From Blastocatellia bacterium (GTDB taxonomy: Bacteria > Acidobacteriota > Blastocatellia > UBA7656), in the NCBI GenBank assembly GCA_041483295.1, contig JBGPFL010000001.1:1-39672 (forward strand): 39,672 bases of DNA, written 5' to 3'. A model generated the notes under the pieces. It saw only the letters and a program-made list of their open reading frames with translations, did not search any database and was not told the origin of the DNA. Shown here one piece after another: positions 9,283 through 16,721 of this stretch (positions are counted from its first letter, which is position 1; the number at the start of each line of letters is the position of its first letter). Position numbers and translations under genes: made by a program.

Positions 9283-10246
9283 ACACTCAGAGCTCAGGCC
9301 AACCGCTCAAAGGTCGGTCGCCTTCATTGCATGTGTAGAGAGCGGGTATCTGGAGAATCAAACGATGCTGCTCTGCCGGTCGATTCGCAGATACGCCGGT
9401 CAATATCGAAATGCGCCGATCTACACTTTTCAACCCAGGCGAGGCACCGCTATCAGTAACGACACGCTCGCGGTTCTGAACGAATTGGGGGTCGTGCACG
9501 ACACCAGGCCGCTCAACGTCGAATTCCATAGCTACGCAATTGCAAATAAGATTCTTTGTTGCGCCTGGGCGGAGGAGAATCTGCGGCACGACACTCTCGT
9601 GTTCCTGGACAGCGACACGATCATAACAGGCGAACCGTCGGACCTCGACCTGCCTCCCGGAGTCGATGGAGCTGCCCGACCCTGCAACAAATGGGAAGGC
9701 GGCGTCAGCTCGACCGGGCCCGGAGATCCAAATGAATCGTACTGGCAACGAGTATATGCGATCTGCGGATTGAAGACCGAGTCTTTCGTCGAATCGGTCG
9801 TGGATCGGAAGCGCGTCCGCGCCTATTTCAGTTCGGGATTGGTTGCCGTCAGACGCGATGCGCGGTTGTTCGCGCGGTGGAGGGAGGACTTCTTCAGACT
9901 GGTTCAAGCAGGCCATATTCCCGAAGCGAGGCGCACCAGGCAGATGGACGAGATCTCTCTGGCGGCAACCTTCGGCCGCGCATTTGACCGGGTTCGGGTG
10001 CTCGATTGGCGCTATAACTACCTTCTGTACAGGCGGCCGGAACTCGGCTCTCCGGCGCGCGAAGCTCAGCTTGAGGAATTGATCCACGTCCATTACAGGT
10101 TCTGGTTTAACCAACCGGGATACCTGCGTCAAATTCAGCCCTCATTCAATCTCTCAAGCAAAGTCCTTCAATGGCTCGACCGCTATTTGCCTTTCCAGCC
10201 GCTCATCGACGAGCCGATACAATCTCAGTTGTACTCGTTGACGTAG
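9269..10246 (+). CDS. nucleotide-diphospho-sugar transferase-like protein (GT-A fold, GT8-like, DxD)
   Basis: VAFIACV...start, a DxD-like LVFLDSDTII, and overlap with the stop of the preceding gene (translational coupling). The start could be 9269 or 9275. Confidence 0.5.
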   Translation: MRMSRHSELRPTAQRSVAFIACVESGYLENQTMLLCRSIRRYAGQYRNAPIYTFQPRRGTAISNDTLAVLNELGVVHDTRPLNVEFHSYAIANKILCCAWAEENLRHDTLVFLDSDTIITGEPSDLDLPPGVDGAARPCNKWEGGVSSTGPGDPNESYWQRVYAICGLKTESFVESVVDRKRVRAYFSSGLVAVRRDARLFARWREDFFRLVQAGHIPEARRTRQMDEISLAATFGRAFDRVRVLDWRYNYLLYRRPELGSPAREAQLEELIHVHYRFWFNQPGYLRQIQPSFNLSSKVLQWLDRYLPFQPLIDEPIQSQLYSLT

Positions 10247-10275
10247 CAGCTCCGGGGCTGAATGATGGAGGATAG

Positions 10276-11028
10276 ATGGCGGACTACAAGAATGGATACG
10301 ATATCTTTATCTGCGGCGGATCGGACCACTTTGGGATGCTCGAGGAGTTGCTTCCAAGACTTCTTCCCTTCGGCAGAGTCCATCTCGCCTCAAGCTTCTT
10401 GACCGATGACGAAATCTACCAACTGAGACCCTACTATGATCTCCTTCACAAACCTCAGCATCATTCGAATGGATACAAGAATTTCGAGTTGTTCTGCATA
10501 AGGGATATCAACCGCATTGCCACGCGGCCGCATTTCATCAAACTCGATGCTGATGTCCGCCTTCGCAGCGACTGGATCGACTACGTGAATCAGGGGATCG
10601 ATGACCACAAAGAGGCAGTGTTGTTTGGAACCCATCGCGGGCAGAGCAACATCACATTCGAGCTGTCTGGCCCGCTGGTGCGCAGGAAGTGTGGAAAGGA
10701 CATTAAAATCCTTGACGGTCTGAAGGTGCGAGGCGGATTTTACGTCGGAGAGACCGGGTTCTTCAAACAGCACGGCGATCTCATGCAAACGCTCCATGAG
10801 TTCCTCTACTGTTTCAGCGATGGCGTTCGCGTGAAACCGAGCGCGAAACCCGAACAATGGCCGGCTGCCGGGGAACGCGAAGATGGACCGGTTAGGATGA
10901 GAGCAGGCGGCAACCAATCCTGGGGAAGTTCTACGGAAGATGTTTTGAGAAGCTTTGTAGTCCACGTTGTAGGGGCAGAGGACCGCCTGCGTGTAATGGA
11001 TAGCGGCGGCAGAATCTGGGTACCTTGA
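10276..11028 (+). CDS. hypothetical protein, possible GT-A-like transferase (KLDADV DxD-like motif)
   Basis: 250-aa ORF with GGAGG upstream, on the same strand and tightly spaced after the previous gene. Only a weak DxD-like motif supports a function. Confidence 0.4.
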   Translation: MADYKNGYDIFICGGSDHFGMLEELLPRLLPFGRVHLASSFLTDDEIYQLRPYYDLLHKPQHHSNGYKNFELFCIRDINRIATRPHFIKLDADVRLRSDWIDYVNQGIDDHKEAVLFGTHRGQSNITFELSGPLVRRKCGKDIKILDGLKVRGGFYVGETGFFKQHGDLMQTLHEFLYCFSDGVRVKPSAKPEQWPAAGEREDGPVRMRAGGNQSWGSSTEDVLRSFVVHVVGAEDRLRVMDSGGRIWVP

Positions 11029-11060
11029 AGGCTGTGGAGGGCTTGCAGGTTAAGACCATA

Positions 11061-12113
11061 TCACCCGCCGGCTATGTCAATGCGCCCGACCTCCCGGACT
11101 CTATTGGCCCACTGATGTTTCCATCTGTGAATCTGTAACAGGTCGACCTCATCGAGTCTCATTTCGTAAGCAAGCTTGATCGCCGCGTGAATAAAAAGTC
11201 TCCCAGGCGACCAGCGTTCAGCTTCGGGAAGGAACCCCCCGTTCCAGGCGCAAAGACTGTTAGCGCCGACCATATAGAGGTCTATACCTATGGTCTTCTC
11301 GCCCTCGAGTAGCGCGAATACTCGAACCTTGCGCTCTTTGAACAGCTTCGGCAGCGCCGTTATAATAAACGACCTCTGCGGTCCTCGCTGGAAGCAACTC
11401 TTATCGCCGAACCGGCTGAAGTGCAGGGATAGGAAAAGATCGGCGAGATGCTCTGAAGGAAAGATTTGTGGCTCGAGTTCTCGCACAAAGACGTCGCCGG
11501 CTTCTGCCAGCCGCTGTGCTCTCTTTATGCCCTTCCTGAATTTCTGTCTCCTCGTCATCAAGTACTGGTCGTAGCATGGTGGAAGATACATGTACGCATA
11601 CTGCATATCAAAGGAGAGCTTGAGATCGTATGCGCCGTCCAGACCCTCGCTCGCCCTCGCCAGGTTCGAGTCGCTTCGAACTCGGGTGAGTGCAAGTCTC
11701 CCGCTGCCCGTTACACTGGCCGCGGCATGCTTCAACAGGTTTATAAGGACACGGGGATCGTCCGGCGCAGCGATCATGTCTTGATAATCGCTCATGTTGT
11801 GCGGGAAACCGATCTCGTGCCCACCGTCCCTCAATACGAGAGGAAGTATTCCTACGAGGTTGGCACCGCGCCGGGCCGTGAACACCCAGGGCGAAATACC
11901 GGGAGAGGCATCGCAGGTTGCGAGAAACCAGGTCGAAGAACTGAATGCTCGATTGCACAGAGTGCGCTCAAGGAGCGAATCCCATTCTGTTGAAAGGGCC
12001 CCGATATCCGGTATTTCTTTGAGGAGACTGCAGATGATCAGGTTTTGATCGCGGGGTTCGCTTCGAGCCAGTGGCTGTTGCCGCATCACGGTATCGGGAG
12101 TTATTGTTCGCAC
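11061..12113 (-). CDS. CelD/BcsL-like GNAT acyltransferase (FemAB-like, Acetyltransf_6 type)
   Basis: 350 aa with the typical N-terminus for this family (WDSLLERTLCNRAFSSSTWFLATCD) and a C-terminal GNAT-like region (GIDLYMVGANSLCAWNGGF). Confidence 0.7.
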   Translation of the reverse strand: MRTITPDTVMRQQPLARSEPRDQNLIICSLLKEIPDIGALSTEWDSLLERTLCNRAFSSSTWFLATCDASPGISPWVFTARRGANLVGILPLVLRDGGHEIGFPHNMSDYQDMIAAPDDPRVLINLLKHAAASVTGSGRLALTRVRSDSNLARASEGLDGAYDLKLSFDMQYAYMYLPPCYDQYLMTRRQKFRKGIKRAQRLAEAGDVFVRELEPQIFPSEHLADLFLSLHFSRFGDKSCFQRGPQRSFIITALPKLFKERKVRVFALLEGEKTIGIDLYMVGANSLCAWNGGFLPEAERWSPGRLFIHAAIKLAYEMRLDEVDLLQIHRWKHQWANRVREVGRIDIAGG

Positions 12114-12281
12114 AACAGACGCAGCTCAAATTGACCGGGTCAGTCTGACTTCAGCGGGAACTTCAGCGCTATTCTATGTAATCGAATCTACGATCACAAG
12201 CGGCGTGTGTGGTATCCTCCAAGGCTTACAAAACACCGACGAAAGGACGGCAAGGGTTGGTTACTTGGCCGGAGCCGAAAA

Positions 12282-13034
12282 ATGATATTGTCCGAAGCCG
12301 ACAGACCGAACCCCGGCACGAACGAGGCTATCCAGGGATTATGGATTGGCCCCGAGCTCTCCTTAATGGAACAACTCTCTATTCGCTCGTTCCTAATGAA
12401 CGGGCACGAGTATCGTTTGTACGTTTACGATGATGTGAAACACGTGCCGGATGGCACGATTCTCAAGGATGCCAACGAAATTCTGCCTGCTTCAATGATC
12501 TTTCAGTACCGGCACCGCAAATCATATGCGGGGTTTGCGAACTTCTTCCGCTATAAGTTGCTGCTCGAGAAAGGCGGTTGGTGGGCGGACTCCGATCTCA
12601 TCTGCCACAGACGATTTGATTTCCGGCAACAGTACGTCTTTGCTACTGAAAAACGGCACGATGATGAGGTGATAACCTGTGGCGCGATTAGAGCCCCGGC
12701 CGGCAGCGAAATCATGGCTTATGCCTGGCATATCTGCAGTAATAAAAACCCGGACGAATTGACGTGGGGAGAGACTGGATCGAGGCTGATGGTCGAAGCC
12801 GTCGAGAAGTTCTCGCTGGAAGAATATGTGACGCCACACCAGGTGTTCTGCCCCTTACCCAACTGGCAGTGGAATGATGTTTTGAATCCGGATATCGAGT
12901 TGGGGTTTGATGGAGTCACCTATGCTATTCACTTGTGGAACGAGATGTGGAGGAAGGCGAGCCAGGACAAGAATCAAGCGTATCATCGGGACTGCCTATA
13001 CGAGCGATTGAAGCGACGGTTCTTGCTTTCATAG
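12282..13034 (+). CDS. GT32-like glycosyltransferase (Gly_transf_sug DXD family, Och1/alpha-1,4-Gal-T-like)
   Basis: IQGLWIGPELSLMEQLSIRSF, FANFFRYKLLLEKGGWWADSDLIC (DxD context). ATG 12282 follows GGAG. The ORF is open from 12207. Confidence 0.75.
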   Translation: MILSEADRPNPGTNEAIQGLWIGPELSLMEQLSIRSFLMNGHEYRLYVYDDVKHVPDGTILKDANEILPASMIFQYRHRKSYAGFANFFRYKLLLEKGGWWADSDLICHRRFDFRQQYVFATEKRHDDEVITCGAIRAPAGSEIMAYAWHICSNKNPDELTWGETGSRLMVEAVEKFSLEEYVTPHQVFCPLPNWQWNDVLNPDIELGFDGVTYAIHLWNEMWRKASQDKNQAYHRDCLYERLKRRFLLS

Positions 13035-15196
13035 AGAAATGAGTACCGCGCGAGAAGCTCCGCGTATTCTTCTACCGTGTGCAGGTGCTCCTCAATGGAA
13101 GCCTTCTTATATCCTTCATTGCCAAGGAAGGTTGCAGCCTCTTGCTTCCATGCAGCGATCGCAGAAGGGTTAGTTCTCGCCTTGATATAGCAGGCGACGA
13201 TGGTATCCCAATCGCGGGACCTCTTGGAAATTGACGCCGGGAACATTTCCTGGAGGGTTCGATTGTTGGCAAGCTCATCTTGGGCCTTCCGGTATGCCGT
13301 TTCCATCGCTCCGCAAAAGCAGTTCTGTCCCTGCCCTATGAGACGTTCTCCAACCCGGTAGATCCGCTCGAGACAGTGCCATTCGCTTTTGGCAGTGTCA
13401 GTCTTGCGCATCGTACCTCGGATGAACCTCTCATCGCTGCTCATGGCTCTCATGGCGACTCTAGGGTGGAAGTCTGCGCGATCGCTTCCGATAAGGAACA
13501 GATTGTCGTGGTCCATAAATATCAGCTTCACTTTCCATTCGCCGTCACTCCAGTAACTCTTCAGTCCAACGTTCCTGTCGACAAACGACTCGCCAAAAGA
13601 ATAGCCTCTTAGAGCGAGCAGGGTACCCCAGAATGCTCCAACCTGCGCCATCGCAGAAAGATAATTGTGATCGGCCCGGGCGCGGTTCTCAGGCACCGAG
13701 AGGCAGTCCTCTATATATCGCTCATAAGTTCGGTACCGGGCTCGCGGCGGCAATAACAGGCCTAGAACTTCGTCCAGCAGATCGTCCGCAAGCCGCTTCG
13801 CATCCAGTGGCGTGCAATCGACCCCCAGTCCCTCTTTGAAGTATTTCTCTGGTCCGTCGCCCGAAAGGTATGTGGCAAGACGTTCCAGGCGAAAGGAGGT
13901 TGAACCGGTAAGGACCGCCTGACAAGGAGTGGCGTAAGTGAGAAACTCGACTATGAGTGCCAACCGAGTAGATAGGTCGAGAGGCTTTCTGTCGGCATCT
14001 CTACTGAAGTCATCGACCGCCTTCTTGAGCTCCGCCTGCATTTCACGAAACCCACCACCGAAGACCTCGGGTCTGGTGAAGTAATCGAATATGTGGGCAT
14101 CGCCCTTTCTGGATGGAACCGTGTATACGGAGGACAGGGTGATAACCCTTGGCACCGAAGCTTCTCTTCCATGAATGAGCCGATAGATCCACGAAACTGA
14201 ATTCGATTGGGTTGCCTCCCATCTCAAATGGCGGCTCAGACTTCCCCCGTCGAGGCGGTGATGGGTTGGAACCGTCACGCCGTTACGCTGAAAGACAATT
14301 GTCAGGGGACCCGCCGATCTGCGCCCAACCCTCTTGATTTGAAACTCGATGTCGCTTCCGGGTGGTTTCACGACCAGCACCACCGTTCCGATCGGATACT
14401 CAACCAGTGAATTTATTTCGGAGCTGGTCGATTCTGAGACCCAGTAGATCCGGGAGTTCTCGCAAAGCATCCTCAGTATCGCCGCTTCGTAATCGGGCAA
14501 ATCCGAGAGTGCTGTCTTTGCCTCGTTTCTTACACAGGGATTTCGAAAGGGCTCAAAATCATCAAGGCCGCGCGAGATTCTCAGTTCTTTGAGTACTTGA
14601 GCTACGACCTCTTCGGGAGTGAAGAGATACCTTGCTAGAGATAGCTTACAATCCTGGCAGCTCAATCTTAGGAGATCTGTTAACGCGCTGGTTGTGGTGT
14701 TCTCTCCTTCAATTTGCGCGTGAACTCGGTTCAACCTCCGGAGCTTTCTCCTGAACTGCTTGACGAACTCCACGATCTTCGTCGTCGAATAGCCTTCTCT
14801 TAAGACTGAATCGTCAATTCTATGCTTCCGTCCTGCCGCGGATTTCAGTCTTAGTTGGACGAAAATGAAGTCGTGCTCAGCCAGATCTCTCCGGTCCAGC
14901 TTCAGAATCTGGTGCTCCAACATCAAGACGGCAAGCCTTCTGATCTCCCACGGCTCTCCGGATAGTCCCCTGGCCACTTCAAAGAGCTTCAGAATGAAGG
15001 TGCGGTTGTAAGCTCGATGCTGAAGAAACTCCCTGAGCAGAGCGCGAACACGGGAAGGATCTTCGAAGCCAGCCGTCAAAATGCGAAGCGAGCGGCCCGG
15101 CACTTTTGCGCGACGCGCCATACGATTGTCCCACGTGGCAGACCCCTCCAGCCCTCCCTTATTACCCGCAACCCAAGTCTTCCCGTTGTGGGGCAC
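12983..15196 (-). CDS. large hypothetical protein with atypical protein-kinase-like (AceK-like) motifs
   Basis: 737-aa ORF. An N-lobe-like TVVLVVKPPGSDIEFQIKRVGRR (nt 14318-14386) parallels AceK's LVFTLPGFDRVFKVIKDRF. A catalytic/Mg-loop-like GESFVDRNVGL...KVKLIFMDHDNL (nt 13499-13600) parallels AceK's GDMLFKNFGV...VVFYDYDEI. The AceK sequences are from memory. The GTG start at 15196 is uncertain (alternative ATG at 15121). Confidence refers to the CDS; the functional call is weaker. Confidence 0.6.
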   Translation of the reverse strand: MPHNGKTWVAGNKGGLEGSATWDNRMARRAKVPGRSLRILTAGFEDPSRVRALLREFLQHRAYNRTFILKLFEVARGLSGEPWEIRRLAVLMLEHQILKLDRRDLAEHDFIFVQLRLKSAAGRKHRIDDSVLREGYSTTKIVEFVKQFRRKLRRLNRVHAQIEGENTTTSALTDLLRLSCQDCKLSLARYLFTPEEVVAQVLKELRISRGLDDFEPFRNPCVRNEAKTALSDLPDYEAAILRMLCENSRIYWVSESTSSEINSLVEYPIGTVVLVVKPPGSDIEFQIKRVGRRSAGPLTIVFQRNGVTVPTHHRLDGGSLSRHLRWEATQSNSVSWIYRLIHGREASVPRVITLSSVYTVPSRKGDAHIFDYFTRPEVFGGGFREMQAELKKAVDDFSRDADRKPLDLSTRLALIVEFLTYATPCQAVLTGSTSFRLERLATYLSGDGPEKYFKEGLGVDCTPLDAKRLADDLLDEVLGLLLPPRARYRTYERYIEDCLSVPENRARADHNYLSAMAQVGAFWGTLLALRGYSFGESFVDRNVGLKSYWSDGEWKVKLIFMDHDNLFLIGSDRADFHPRVAMRAMSSDERFIRGTMRKTDTAKSEWHCLERIYRVGERLIGQGQNCFCGAMETAYRKAQDELANNRTLQEMFPASISKRSRDWDTIVACYIKARTNPSAIAAWKQEAATFLGNEGYKKASIEEHLHTVEEYAELLARYSFLYESKNRRFNRSYRQSR

Positions 15197-15294
15197 GGCA
15201 ATTGTCGAAGCCGGCGTACTCTTGGGCTGCGTGCTTTTCTCGGCACCCAGGGAGGGCGATTTCGGTCGAGCAAAGAGAAGGCCTTCGTTACTCG

Positions 15295-15588
15295 TTAATG
15301 CTTCTTATGCTTACCTGCTTTACCTTTTGGACTACCCACTTTGCCCTTCGGACTGCCCACTCCGCCTTTTGGACTGCCTCCTCTACCTCTACCCCCACCC
15401 CGGCTCCCCTTCGGAACGCCCACTTTGCCCTTAGGGCTGGCCTCCTTACCCTTGAGACCGCCCCCTCCGCCGAGCGCAGCGGTGAGCAGGTACAAAAGAT
15501 GTCTGGCTGTCTCCTCATCAATCGCCAGGTTTACTATCCTCTTACCTCCACGAGATCCATAACTCTTAGCTTGTCCTTTCACTCCCAT
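15295..15588 (-). CDS. small basic protein: RHH-like N-terminus plus six SPKGxVG-type heptad repeats
   Basis: GGAGG lies 10 nt upstream of the ATG, and the ORF has the same orientation as its flanking genes. KRIVNLAIDEETARHLLYLL resembles the strand-helix of a ribbon-helix-helix. The tail is SPKGKVG VPKGSRG GGRGRGG SPKGGVG SPKGKVG SPKGKAG KHKKH. Other frames are also open here because of the repeat, so the coding call is moderate. Confidence 0.45.
   Translation of the reverse strand: MGVKGQAKSYGSRGGKRIVNLAIDEETARHLLYLLTAALGGGGGLKGKEASPKGKVGVPKGSRGGGRGRGGSPKGGVGSPKGKVGSPKGKAGKHKKH
15313..15438. repeat. six imperfect 21-nt tandem repeats (in-frame heptads of the 97-aa ORF)
   Basis: I checked each unit: 15313-33, 15334-54, 15355-75, 15376-96, 15397-417 and 15418-38. 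On the minus strand they translate to SPKGKAG, SPKGKVG, SPKGGVG, GGRGRGG, VPKGSRG and SPKGKVG. Confidence 0.8.
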
Positions 15589-15683
15589 TAGGGTCTAACC
15601 TCCGTGAAATTCAGAATCCAACGTACCGATGTCTATGAAGGCTGCTGCGCGCAATTCCGTTTCGGAGCCGGAGCAGGTTCCTC

Positions 15684-16595
15684 TTACAAGGGGACCGCCG
15701 AGTCTGCCGAGTCTACCTCCCGGTCGAACATAGCCGTCGAACACCCGTCAACGCAGGCGATCCAATCCCCCCGAACTGTTAAATGAGGATCGGCGTGATG
15801 CATCCCGGCGCTATTCCATCCATGGGCCGCACGGAAAAGAATAGGGCTCCGTGTGGTCTCTTCCTCACGATAGCTACACGTCGTCAATTCTGTTATTTCA
15901 AATGCCCTGAGCTGAGTGCCGTAGCGGGGATAACAATCCTGGGCAAACCGAATCAGCCTGCCTTCCCAATTCGTCATTCTGCCTCCAGGCCTCGCCCTCC
16001 TTCTATCGCCTTTTACTATTGGGCTCCGTGGGTGTTCATACCAGCGTCCCATCAAATCATCGGCGAAGTACAAGTTGAGGGTGTCGTGAGAGTAGTGCGC
16101 CGAACAGGTAAACATCCACCATCTGTGATCGAAATAAAAGATCGAGGGGTCCGCGTGTGTCCCTTCAATCAGTCTTCCGGCAAGCTCCCAATGCGCTGGG
16201 AAGTCTCTTGCCTTGTACAAACTTATGTAGTTCGCTCCGAGAGTCTCGGGAATCATGTAGTGATCGTCTTGCCACTTGAAAACGTTGGGATAGGATAGAT
16301 GGAAAGGCTCCTTGAGGACGATCTGCCGGTATTCCCAATGGAATCGGTCGGAACTGACCGCCAATCCGACCTCTCCCTTAGAGGTGGCTCTGTTCAGGGC
16401 CTCGAAAAACATGAACCACGTGCCGTGTTCCTCAACCATAAACGGGTCTGCCACAAACTCAGCCTCGATATCTGTCACGTCCCCGCAAGTAACTACGGGG
16501 TTCTCTATCGCCGGGTGAGGAGACAGTGAAAGAGGTGAATCACCAGTATAGATTCCTATTGCCCAAACGCGACGATCCTGGCTGACGGAAAACAT
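15684..16595 (-). CDS. five-bladed beta-propeller protein, GH43-like (the family often annotated as glucosamine inositolphosphorylceramide transferase family)
   Basis: FVADPFMVEEHGTWFMFFE, HLSYPNVFKWQDDHYMIPE, ADPSIFYFDHRWWMF, and repeated W/F-rich strand motifs. Motif-level call. Confidence 0.6.
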   Translation of the reverse strand: MFSVSQDRRVWAIGIYTGDSPLSLSPHPAIENPVVTCGDVTDIEAEFVADPFMVEEHGTWFMFFEALNRATSKGEVGLAVSSDRFHWEYRQIVLKEPFHLSYPNVFKWQDDHYMIPETLGANYISLYKARDFPAHWELAGRLIEGTHADPSIFYFDHRWWMFTCSAHYSHDTLNLYFADDLMGRWYEHPRSPIVKGDRRRARPGGRMTNWEGRLIRFAQDCYPRYGTQLRAFEITELTTCSYREEETTRSPILFRAAHGWNSAGMHHADPHLTVRGDWIACVDGCSTAMFDREVDSADSAVPL

Positions 16596-16663
16596 TTATG
16601 TATTGGCTCGAATAACGCGCTTCAATACGGAAACGAAGCGGGAAAGTAGCCCTATTAAGTTCA

Positions 16664-16686
16664 GGGGAGCGCACCTGAGGCTCCCC
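16664..16686 (-). terminator. possible hairpin terminator downstream of the giant MCO gene
   Basis: GGGGAGC (16664-16670), a 9-nt loop, then GCTCCCC (16680-16686), lying 36 nt past the stop at 16722. There is no clean U-tract, hence the low confidence. Confidence 0.3.
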
Positions 16687-16721
16687 AGAGAGAGATAGTG
16701 AGATGCGGTGACCTTCGCGAT

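Noticed and set aside
9287-10132. 281-aa ORF antisense to the GT8-like gene
   Set aside because: It lies entirely within a plus-strand gene that has recognisable motifs and operon context. The product is Arg/Pro-rich and low-complexity, as expected for the reverse frame of GC-rich coding DNA, and has no SD.
11655-11685. GGTTCGAGTCGCTTCGAAC, a tRNA T-arm-like or hairpin sequence
   Set aside because: It sits inside the CelD-like CDS. There is no acceptor or anticodon arm context, only a 6-bp palindrome.
12983-13034. 52-nt convergent overlap of the GT32 and 737-aa gene 3' ends
   Set aside because: Both ORFs simply run to their first stop. The tails (RRFLLS / RRFNRSYRQSR) look unstructured. There is no evidence of anything beyond tight packing.
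15313-15438. Possible CRISPR-like or minisatellite array
   Set aside because: The units are contiguous with no spacers, are imperfect, are 21 nt long (a multiple of 3) and translate in register. No cas genes are present. This is a coding tandem repeat, not a CRISPR.
15081-15591. Plus-strand ORFs (117, 161, 73 aa) and a second minus-strand ORF (77 aa) across the 21-nt repeat region
   Set aside because: The repeat keeps several frames open. The plus-strand ORFs would run antisense into the start of the 737-aa gene and lack an SD. Only the 97-aa minus-strand frame has an SD, matches the orientation of its neighbours and gives a clean heptad register.
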